Below are positions 55,931 through 64,000 of a stretch of DNA of 64,000 nt, one piece after another. A program made the translations under genes and the position numbers. A model generated the notes under the pieces. It was not told the origin of the DNA and ran no database searches. It saw only the letters and a list, made by a program, of their open reading frames with translations. The stretch lies in sequence record NC_042018.1; one strand, given 5' to 3'. Each line of letters starts with the position of its first letter. Within the stretch, counting starts at the first letter, position 1.

Positions 55931-58855
55931 TTAGTTTCGAATGCTGACATCATGCTGCAAGAAGCTTACCTCAACGGCTTCCTTCACGCTTAACAATCCG
56001 TTGCTGCCTGTTTCCAGAAGCTTACGAACCGAGAAGCCTGACGAGCTGTCCAGGTTACTTACTACATCCAGCGTGGTATCGCCAGCAAAGGCACCAATCT
56101 TCACATCCACCACATCACCCCCGGCATCCTTCTTCAACGCCTCAGTGATATCGGACATCCCTAAGGTATTGCTGGACAGAAGTAAGTTGTTGATGATTTG
56201 CGGTGTGGTTGTGCGCAACGACTCTTTCAAGTTAGTGTTGTTGAACCCTGACTTGTTAAGGTAGTACACCACCTGGAATGCGAGGTCTTGACGAATCACC
56301 GTTTCATAGTTGTTGTTCACCATGACGTTGCGATAGCCAATCTTGCTCTTCGGTTGGTAGTACAATGACGTGCGGTCACGTGCATCGGCGTTAAAGGCTT
56401 CCATGTCTTTCGTAATGACCTTGATGAAGTAATCCTTTGTTTCCTGCGCAAAAGCCTGGTCATACGAATCGTTACTGAAGAAGTAAGCACCGTCAAACGC
56501 GATGAAGTCCCAATGGTACAGCAAGTCCGCCGGAGCTTTCAAGACCGGTTGTCCGTCTGCCCCAATCACATAGTCCACGTTAGCCCGGTATTTATAAATA
56601 GGCGAACCACCGGACGTGTACTTAGGTTCACCGATGTTGTGCTCGATGATAGGACGTTTGTTGACATCCAAGACCAATTTACCTTTATCATCACGCTGAT
56701 ACACAATCTGCTCGTAGGTATCGGGCACATCGTGGTCATAACGCTGATATTGGTCATCACCTTTCAGTGGACGGATACGGCTGTAGATGTTGGTCAACTC
56801 AGCACCCAGTTGCACTTTGTAACGGGTTTCAATGATGGCCATCATCTGACGTGTAAACAACGTCTGGTCCAAACGTTCATCCATAGAGGTTGACGGAACC
56901 GTGGTGTCCGCTGACACGGTGAAGATAAAGGACAGTTCATCGGTCAGTTGAATGGTCACATCACGCACCACACCAAACTGATGCATGTTCTTAATCACCA
57001 GCAGGTTGTTGACGTCCACGTCGAAACTGGACTCCAGCTTAAAGCGCCACACGCGTTCTTGCTGGTCATCGGTACCCATCAGTTCACCGCCAATACAAGC
57101 AGGACGTGCACTGTCTTCCGTAGCGAAAGAGAGTTGTACCCCAACGTTGGCATTCTCCAGCTGTTTATACCCTTTACCGGATTTGGTCTTCAACAGAATC
57201 TCATAGCCGGTATCGGTGTGATTAATGGTAATTTCACCCACGCCCACTTCCAGTCCTAAGTTCGGGTTCTCACCGATATAGGTCGGAAGCATAAACTTCG
57301 GTTCGTCCAGGTGATAGGTCCGCAGTACGGTTTGGTTATTGGTTAAGTCAAACACGTAATAGAACGGAATGTACACCAGGGTGTTGTTCGACACCAGTTC
57401 AACCTTGGCATCCGAACTCAGACCCATGTAGGCGTTCTTGGTGAGTTGATTAATCAACACCGTCGTCGGAGTAGAGACATCAAACAGCACACCCGGTGGA
57501 ATGGTGACACGTTTACCGTTGTCATACACCACACCGCTGTCAATGAGCGTATTCACCGACGTCAAGTGACTGCCCACGAAACAGTTCATGGTAGAGTGGA
57601 AGTCTTTGTTAGACTGTACCGGCAACTCTTTGGTCACGGAATAACGACGGGCTGTTAACAGGTCCACTGACCGCACTGAGCCGTAACCGTAGTTGGCTAA
57701 CTCCCCGCTCAGGTTAGAATCCGTAATTGGAATCCCACGCTGACGACGCCCTGCAATGATGCTCTCCTTTAATACCGTAAACGGAATCGGATTAGACCCG
57801 CCGCTAACGATATCCGCAAACTGCCATGCAATCCCACCGCTTGAGGGAAGTTCCATGGAGTACGGTCCCAACGCTTTACCGGGATAACGGAAGTCCAGGT
57901 AGTTCGGCTGGTATTTGGAAATCTCAATGGAGGTCAGGTCTTTAACCAGTTCGCCTTTGGTGGTGTAGGTGTACAACGTCACCGTCCCGATACCCATACC
58001 GTTAGAGATATAGACATCCGGAATTTCATAACGAATGGTGTTGTTCACCGTATCCAGTTTTAACGCCAGGGTCGGGGTTAACGGATCAAAGGTATCCTGG
58101 TCGTAGCTTACCCGCAGTTCAGTGGTTTGGTTGTTCTGGTTGGTTAAGAACGCTCGTACCCCGTACAGGTAATCGGTGTAGGAATACGCACCTGAACACC
58201 CGCTGCTTTCGGTGGAGTTGATTTTGTCCGACACGGCACAGCTAAGCTGACGCACCGGAATCTTCACCATCAGGAACTTACGGCCTTCAATCTCACGGAA
58301 CTCACGCTCCAGCAGGTTGGTAGACAGCACGTTAAACGGGTTGTTGGTCGAGGCATCGTAAACCACCTGATAACCGGTACGTTCGTTGTAACGAATTTCA
58401 ATCCCGTTCTCAATCAGGAAGTCATACCCCGTCACGGTAATCATGGTGTCTTTCGGAATCAACACCTTCTTGTACCGTGTAGTTACCATGTTGTCCTGGA
58501 TTTCCGCATCCTTGGCAATGGCCTTGAGGTTCTCGACGTTAATCGCAAACCACATAGAGCTGGTGCTAGGGTTAGCGAACAAACCATACCGTTCTTCATC
58601 AGCAATGTTGCGGCTGAGGTCTTCAACGTTACGGGCATGCAGCAGGAAGGTTTTACTGCATGCATCGCTGAGGCGGTTCAGGAAGCCGTGCGTGGTCCCG
58701 ATAATCAAATCCACGCACAGGATAGCCGGGTGGGCTTTGCTGTTCAGTTGAATGGTGCCGTTGTTCCAGCTCTGTTCAACTTCATTAATAATCAGGTTTA
58801 CCCCACGGGTAGGGTTGTTACCTAAGTTAAGGAGGTCATCCTGTGATAAGGCCAT
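55931..58855 (-). CDS. large baseplate/tail protein (phiKZ gp87 position)
   Basis: 974 aa beta-rich ORF in the late cluster, RGIPIT..L motif. Assigned on synteny. Confidence 0.5.
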   Translation of the reverse strand: MALSQDDLLNLGNNPTRGVNLIINEVEQSWNNGTIQLNSKAHPAILCVDLIIGTTHGFLNRLSDACSKTFLLHARNVEDLSRNIADEERYGLFANPSTSSMWFAINVENLKAIAKDAEIQDNMVTTRYKKVLIPKDTMITVTGYDFLIENGIEIRYNERTGYQVVYDASTNNPFNVLSTNLLEREFREIEGRKFLMVKIPVRQLSCAVSDKINSTESSGCSGAYSYTDYLYGVRAFLTNQNNQTTELRVSYDQDTFDPLTPTLALKLDTVNNTIRYEIPDVYISNGMGIGTVTLYTYTTKGELVKDLTSIEISKYQPNYLDFRYPGKALGPYSMELPSSGGIAWQFADIVSGGSNPIPFTVLKESIIAGRRQRGIPITDSNLSGELANYGYGSVRSVDLLTARRYSVTKELPVQSNKDFHSTMNCFVGSHLTSVNTLIDSGVVYDNGKRVTIPPGVLFDVSTPTTVLINQLTKNAYMGLSSDAKVELVSNNTLVYIPFYYVFDLTNNQTVLRTYHLDEPKFMLPTYIGENPNLGLEVGVGEITINHTDTGYEILLKTKSGKGYKQLENANVGVQLSFATEDSARPACIGGELMGTDDQQERVWRFKLESSFDVDVNNLLVIKNMHQFGVVRDVTIQLTDELSFIFTVSADTTVPSTSMDERLDQTLFTRQMMAIIETRYKVQLGAELTNIYSRIRPLKGDDQYQRYDHDVPDTYEQIVYQRDDKGKLVLDVNKRPIIEHNIGEPKYTSGGSPIYKYRANVDYVIGADGQPVLKAPADLLYHWDFIAFDGAYFFSNDSYDQAFAQETKDYFIKVITKDMEAFNADARDRTSLYYQPKSKIGYRNVMVNNNYETVIRQDLAFQVVYYLNKSGFNNTNLKESLRTTTPQIINNLLLSSNTLGMSDITEALKKDAGGDVVDVKIGAFAGDTTLDVVSNLDSSSGFSVRKLLETGSNGLLSVKEAVEVSFLQHDVSIRN

Positions 58856-59940
58856 TAGCGCGGTCCCCAGTATTCCAACTCCATGTTGTTAATGTTGATC
58901 CATGGATACACGCGTCCGTACTGTTGGCCGTAGTAGCTTTTGAAATCTAGCTTACGGTAGTAACTTGCACGACGTTGTGGATGCATGTTCTCATTAAAAA
59001 ACAGAGTGCAACGGTTAAACATATCAGCAACGCGAATGTTCCCGAAGCGGAAACCTTCACTGCTAAAGTTAATTTCGAATTCATCTTGACCCTGACCACG
59101 AAGTGTATCCTGGGTGCGGTCAATGGTAGAGAAAGCCCCTGAAGGGAACGTGGTGGGTACACAACCGGCGTTACAGTAGATACCTTCAATGCTACGCATG
59201 TTCTTGTTCAGAATCATGTGGTAGATGCGGCAATCGTAATCCGTGTAGTTGGCGTCCAGTGCTTCTGGGTACGGTTCCATACCTTCGTCGCCTAAACTCA
59301 CCCCGTCAATATAGTGCAACCAGGCTTCAAACAAATACGGTAAGAAGTTAGGTTTCGGGTTGTAGTAAGTTTGGCGCATGTCGAAGTCGTGGTTGTACTT
59401 CAGGATGCCGTCAACGAACTGCCTGACCTCCTTGCGGAAGCCCGGCTGTGATTTACCCATATTGAGACTGAGATCAGGAAAACCAGAGCTGACTTTTACA
59501 AGGTTAGTGATTGGCGTAATCCACGGCGTATAGGGGTCCAACATGTCGTTTGGGTTGCCGCGGCCCCAAACCGGATCGAGCAGTCCTTTAATGTACGCCA
59601 TCAAACTGTTGGGGCGAGGTTGATATAAAGGAAGCAGTTGTGGGTGCAACCGAACGTTCTCATCCGAAAGATTACAGAGCGGGCGGCTAACAAACACCAA
59701 TCCTATGGTGTCATCTGGAACAGGTGCAAGCTGATTGCCCGGACCTATAATTCGAATCCCTTTGAGCATGTTTACCAATGCGGATTGGTATCCAGGACCG
59801 CCGTTTTCACTAAAGGCGTAGTCCAAAAAGCTCGGCAAGGTCGTGTTGTCAATGTTGGTGGATTTGGGGGCGTTTAACCCCGGGGTACGCTCTAAATCCC
59901 CTATCCCAGGGACAGTAGACATTTCACTCATAATCGTCAA
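58855..59940 (-). CDS. putative tail-tube-like / baseplate protein (phiKZ gp88 position)
   Basis: 361 aa, coupled to the 974 aa gene; C-terminal PTTFP...EFEINFS resembles tube-fold proteins (inference). Confidence 0.45.
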   Translation of the reverse strand: MTIMSEMSTVPGIGDLERTPGLNAPKSTNIDNTTLPSFLDYAFSENGGPGYQSALVNMLKGIRIIGPGNQLAPVPDDTIGLVFVSRPLCNLSDENVRLHPQLLPLYQPRPNSLMAYIKGLLDPVWGRGNPNDMLDPYTPWITPITNLVKVSSGFPDLSLNMGKSQPGFRKEVRQFVDGILKYNHDFDMRQTYYNPKPNFLPYLFEAWLHYIDGVSLGDEGMEPYPEALDANYTDYDCRIYHMILNKNMRSIEGIYCNAGCVPTTFPSGAFSTIDRTQDTLRGQGQDEFEINFSSEGFRFGNIRVADMFNRCTLFFNENMHPQRRASYYRKLDFKSYYGQQYGRVYPWININNMELEYWGPR

Positions 59941-59963
59941 GTTTCCATGATAAAGAGGAATTT

Positions 59964-61067
59964 ATGATCGGTACAGCGCTTAATTTAGGAGCGATGCTCT
60001 TAAATCTGGCTAAATTCGCAATGCCAGAAAACAAAGATGTGGATTCTGCGGGTCGTATCATAGACACCGCGAGACACTCATACAATGTCCTCAATACCAC
60101 CAGTATTTCGCAGAGCGCTAACCGTGCCGTGATTGCCCCGATGGTAGGTGTGGACAGCACGATTCTTCACCAGGAGTACATGAGCGACATCATGCAGGTA
60201 GTTCAACTGCGTGACATTATCTCTGTATTGACGCACCTTAATCTGCAGGGTTCTGTGGGGATGGGTGTGAAAATCGAAAACCTGCTGGGAAGCATCCAAC
60301 CTAACCGCGGTGGGATGATGGCTTACCTGGGTTGTGAAGCGTATGCTGACGGCCCGAAAGCTACCTCCAACAAAAACACCGACGGTACCTTTAAAAACCC
60401 AACCCAATCTTCTGATGGCGCATCGAAAGATCTGATGGAATACGGCCCGCTGGCTGTCGGTAAAGTGGTGCAGGCAGAAGTGTACAACGAACACGGTAAC
60501 AAAGTTACGTTCCCGTTAACCTTCCGTCAGTCTCCGGTCCCCATCAACCTGAAAGACCTGGAACTCATCTTCTCTGCGGCCAAGCCGGAAGACGGTTTCT
60601 TTGCTCGCCTCATGATGGTGAAAACCGGCGAAATCACGTTCCCGGAATTCCTAACCGGTCGTGACCTGATCAAAGATCGTTTCAAAATCAAAAACCAGGA
60701 CATGTCTGGCTATTATAAAGAAGCCGACAAACGTGAACGTGCAAACCGCGCGGCAGCGCTGCGTACTGGTGTGATCTCCATGAACACTATGGCGAACACC
60801 TTTATCATGTCTAATGATACTGCTAACCAGGTTGAGCTTCAGATTGGTAAACGTTTTGCCGATCCGCGTAGCCGCGAAAAAATCTTTAAATCGGTGAAAG
60901 CCAACACCATCGTTGTGTGTAATGAAGACCGTGGCGTGTTCACGTTCTACACCAATGGCGTCGACATGCCGGAAATCTATACTCGTAAAGACATCGCTGT
61001 CAAATCGAAGAAAGATTCAGGCAACACGCTGAACGATCTGGTGAAACTGTTGAACGGAGGGATGTAA
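59964..61067 (+). CDS. internal head protein (phiKZ gp89 position)
   Basis: 367 aa, GAGGA SD, LGCEA G-x-E site. Confidence 0.5.
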   Translation: MIGTALNLGAMLLNLAKFAMPENKDVDSAGRIIDTARHSYNVLNTTSISQSANRAVIAPMVGVDSTILHQEYMSDIMQVVQLRDIISVLTHLNLQGSVGMGVKIENLLGSIQPNRGGMMAYLGCEAYADGPKATSNKNTDGTFKNPTQSSDGASKDLMEYGPLAVGKVVQAEVYNEHGNKVTFPLTFRQSPVPINLKDLELIFSAAKPEDGFFARLMMVKTGEITFPEFLTGRDLIKDRFKIKNQDMSGYYKEADKRERANRAAALRTGVISMNTMANTFIMSNDTANQVELQIGKRFADPRSREKIFKSVKANTIVVCNEDRGVFTFYTNGVDMPEIYTRKDIAVKSKKDSGNTLNDLVKLLNGGM

Positions 61068-61954
61068 TGAATATCCTGGATTACGCAAAGCGCGTCAAGT
61101 CAGTAAAAGACGTGGAGTTGCTGGGTACACTCAGTACCGTCACGGTGGGTTTGCAGGACCTGAAAGAAAACCTGAAAAAGATGGACCTGGCTAACATCGA
61201 CATCTCTGCCCTGGGCGAGCGTTGGATTGTAGCCAGTAGCATCATGAAAGGTGTTAAGCAGGATGGTAGCATTCCGGGCAACATGATTCTGACTGAGATG
61301 TTGGACATGGGTGCGGATTCGGCTATCTCTACTGCTGCTGAACTGCAGGTGCTGATTAAGAAGTACAATCAGAAGGTCTGGTCTGGTCACACGCTGACGA
61401 TTCCACAGACCAACATCCTGAACATGATCGAGCACCTCGAGTTCTGGACGAACTATTCGTCTATGCTTGTTGACGTACTGCTGACCCAGTACAACCAGGC
61501 GACCGCGCCGGACCGTTACATGACCAAAGCCGATGTGCGTTGGATTAACGGGACCAAAGACTTCTACGTCGACTTCAGCAAACAGTTGATGAAAGGGTCT
61601 CGCCACATTATCAGCATCCTGAAATCCATGGATGAGCTGGAAGTGGAAGAAGACGTGGTCGACGTGCTGGAGTCCAGCAAAGGCATTAAGTCGGTATCGG
61701 TCGCTACACGCGGTTTCGGTATCCACAACGTGAACCCTCTCTACTGGTACGACAGTATCAAAGAGAAGGTGGACCTGTGGCGTATCGACAACATGCGTCG
61801 CAACAACGAAATGTTTGCGATGAAAATCAATCAGGCCATCAACAAAAAGAACGGCCAGAACGATCCGCAGCTGGACCGTCAGATTGAAGTCTACCAGGAC
61901 GAGATCATCAAGAACCGTGCCAAAATCGAAAGCATCATTGAAAGCTACAATTAA
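61067..61954 (+). CDS. internal head protein (phiKZ gp90 position)
   Basis: 295 aa, TAATG coupling, C-terminal coiled coil. Confidence 0.5.
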   Translation: MNILDYAKRVKSVKDVELLGTLSTVTVGLQDLKENLKKMDLANIDISALGERWIVASSIMKGVKQDGSIPGNMILTEMLDMGADSAISTAAELQVLIKKYNQKVWSGHTLTIPQTNILNMIEHLEFWTNYSSMLVDVLLTQYNQATAPDRYMTKADVRWINGTKDFYVDFSKQLMKGSRHIISILKSMDELEVEEDVVDVLESSKGIKSVSVATRGFGIHNVNPLYWYDSIKEKVDLWRIDNMRRNNEMFAMKINQAINKKNGQNDPQLDRQIEVYQDEIIKNRAKIESIIESYN

Positions 61955-61965
61955 GGGGTTTTCAA

Positions 61966-62487
61966 ATGGCTAATTTTCGACAAGTGAAAAACGGCTTCGT
62001 TAACTACGACGTCGGCGACGGCGACCTGATGACCATCATGCGTAACCTGAAGCAGTTTATCTGGTCGGGTTACAGTGATTACAACATCCGTTTGAATCCG
62101 CTTATCATCACCGATATTCTGAAACAAACGCGTCTGTTGGTCGGTCAGGACTTCCGGGCATTCTTGATGGCGAACTACAACCGCGGTATCGGTTCCCAAG
62201 CGGGTCTGGTGCGTGAAGTAGTGAACTATCTGTCAGGTCAGGTGGGTTATCGTTCGGTGAACACCGCGATTGTGATTGAAGAGAACAAAATCAAGTCCTA
62301 CGACAAGTTCGAAAACTGGGGCGCGAAAACCATCTCGGCTAATCACATGGATACCGTAGGGTTGAGTCAGTTGGATAAAGTCAACGACTACGACTTCTAC
62401 CGTCTCTGTGCAGGTCTGTCACCGGAACTGCTGGCCCGTATGTTTTTAGTTATCGGCGGGGAGAACATCGATGTCGGACGTAAATGA
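61966..62487 (+). CDS. head-cluster hypothetical protein
   Basis: 173 aa ORF in the late operon. Confidence 0.5.
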   Translation: MANFRQVKNGFVNYDVGDGDLMTIMRNLKQFIWSGYSDYNIRLNPLIITDILKQTRLLVGQDFRAFLMANYNRGIGSQAGLVREVVNYLSGQVGYRSVNTAIVIEENKIKSYDKFENWGAKTISANHMDTVGLSQLDKVNDYDFYRLCAGLSPELLARMFLVIGGENIDVGRK

Positions 62488-63766
62488 TTTATCCGCGCAG
62501 ATGGCCGCTATTAACGTTGTGGCCTCTACCGAGCTGGTAGAAAAGGTAAGCGACACGCACGACCTGGCCCGTCTTCAGAACAAACTGAACGAAAGCCGTA
62601 ACCGTGCTGAAACCGTTCGTTCGCTGTTGGTGAACACCCAACCGCATGAGCTGACCGTTGAAACCGCGAACTACATCGACAACCAGCTCAGTTCTATTGG
62701 GGCGTTACAGGTGGACGGTACTACCGTTCAGGGCGTGGAGTCACTGGGTTACACCCTGATGCCACGTCAGTTCCTGGAAACGCGTCTGGCGGGCTGTGAG
62801 GGCTTCCTGTCTAGCTGGGGTGCTAAGACCACCTTTATTGCTAAGCAAATCGCGGCGGCATTTAAAGATGCCTGGGTTCTGCTGCGTGAAAGCAATGACA
62901 GCCTGCTGAGCCGTTTGGATGCGCTGGACAAAGATATACAGCAAGCCGGGACTTTCCCGGAAGGAACCTCTGAGATTCTCATCGGGTTCCGTCTGTATAA
63001 CCTGTTCCAGATTAATCACGAAGTAAAGGAAGACTGGATTAACCAGTTAACCAAAGTCAGCAAAACCATCAACGGTTTGTCGTCTAACTACTACGTGATG
63101 TCCAAAAACAACCTCAACACCACGCTGAGCTATTTTGGCGGCTTCCCTAAGTTAGACGAAGCGAAAGCCACTGAACGCTACCTGATGCTGCCTGCGTCGA
63201 TTCCGAGCGTACGCTTTAAAGAGTGTACTATCGCTGACCGTACGTGGCCGCAGAAAGGTATTGCCGCGTTCCGCAGTGTGGAAATGATGGGCGGGCGTTT
63301 CTTTATGGATACCCGTACCCTGGACCGTGATCTGTCGCCGAAGATTCCGGAAGACGTTAACCAGTACCTGGTTGGGTATTTGGAAAACGACCGGACGTTC
63401 TTTAACAACAAGCCTGAGAAAGAGTATAACGATCTCAAAGAAACCGTGAAGACCTTGGGGTCTGAACAAATCAAACAGATCGTGAAGCTGGCCCGTACCC
63501 TGTTAAAAGACTGGGAAAAGGTGTACATCGACGGCGAGAAGCACAAGCTGGTTGATAAAGACTACGAAGGCATCATGAAAGAGTTGCTGGACGCAGAGTG
63601 GAATGACGACCTGCGTTACTACGTGTTCAACGCCTTTAACGGCCTGGTCACGAAGAACCAGCAGGAACTGATTGAGCTGCGGGCGAAGGTGAATACCTAC
63701 CTGGTGTTCTTAATCAACGGCATCATTGAGATCTGCTACACGTCGATTGAACTCAATCAGGAGTAA
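62471..63766 (+). CDS. inner-body/head paralog with G-x-E propeptide
   Basis: 431 aa; QGVES and LAGCEGF sites in the N-terminal third. Confidence 0.55.
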   Translation: MSDVNDLSAQMAAINVVASTELVEKVSDTHDLARLQNKLNESRNRAETVRSLLVNTQPHELTVETANYIDNQLSSIGALQVDGTTVQGVESLGYTLMPRQFLETRLAGCEGFLSSWGAKTTFIAKQIAAAFKDAWVLLRESNDSLLSRLDALDKDIQQAGTFPEGTSEILIGFRLYNLFQINHEVKEDWINQLTKVSKTINGLSSNYYVMSKNNLNTTLSYFGGFPKLDEAKATERYLMLPASIPSVRFKECTIADRTWPQKGIAAFRSVEMMGGRFFMDTRTLDRDLSPKIPEDVNQYLVGYLENDRTFFNNKPEKEYNDLKETVKTLGSEQIKQIVKLARTLLKDWEKVYIDGEKHKLVDKDYEGIMKELLDAEWNDDLRYYVFNAFNGLVTKNQQELIELRAKVNTYLVFLINGIIEICYTSIELNQE

Positions 63767-63769
63767 GTT

Positions 63770-64000
63770 ATGACGCCGTCTGTGTTGATGTCCTATCGGG
63801 CAGGATTAGAAGAACATATCTCGTTACGAGAAAGCCATCAACAACTGATTGAGCTGGGTAAAATCCTGGACATGGACTTAAGCGCTGTGTCCGGGAATGA
63901 GGAGTTTGCAGACGACGCCAAAGAAGCGTTAAAAAGCGGTTTCATCTCGTTAGGTCAAGGTGTGCTATCCGCTAGTAAGTGGGTTGGGGGTCAAGCACTC
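63770..64000 (+). CDS. head paralog, truncated by the window end
   Basis: AGGAG SD; MTPSVLMSYRAGLEEH...SGNEEFADDAKEALKSGF; frame open to the end of the window. Confidence 0.6.
   Translation, partial: MTPSVLMSYRAGLEEHISLRESHQQLIELGKILDMDLSAVSGNEEFADDAKEALKSGFISLGQGVLSASKWVGGQAL

Noticed and set aside
402-63546. Many long antisense ORFs (e.g. 402..1121, 14461..15288, 22374..23654, 34485..35615, 46996..47850)
   Set aside because: Shadow frames produced by strong codon bias in the real sense genes; no SD and no motifs.

Overview
This window is a 64 kb segment of a nucleus-forming jumbo myophage (phiKZ-like, Chimalliviridae). Enterobacterial-type codon use in the highly expressed genes suggests an enterobacterial host (inference). 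Core content in order: tail sheath and tube; head/virion paralogs; dTMP kinase; a Tad2/DUF2829-like anti-defence sponge; PhuZ tubulin; the C-terminal half of a split family-B DNA polymerase; chimallin; the non-virion RNA polymerase block (beta'-N with NADFDGD, gp68-like specificity subunit, beta-C, beta'-C) with SbcD-like nuclease, ChmC-like and PicA-like genes; an SF2 helicase; a virion RNAP beta' middle subunit; the exonuclease/motif-A half of the DNA polymerase; and a late baseplate and inner-head cluster. Names given by analogy to phiKZ gene numbers rest on motifs, length and synteny recalled from the literature, not on database searches. The most interesting signals outside ordinary gene calls are: (1) a ~750 nt, densely base-paired, + strand candidate large ncRNA with its own terminator just upstream of phuZ; (2) a T-TTT-TTT slippery site that would fuse a 606 aa CxxC protein to the downstream ORF by -1 frameshifting; (3) an AT-rich, purine-skewed non-coding island with six clustered GATC sites, palindromes and a tandem repeat; (4) a Tad2-like sponge with altered pocket residues; and (5) a membrane-anchored HEXXH protease-like protein in the virion cluster. 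No tRNA, rRNA, CRISPR array, transposase or intron was supported.
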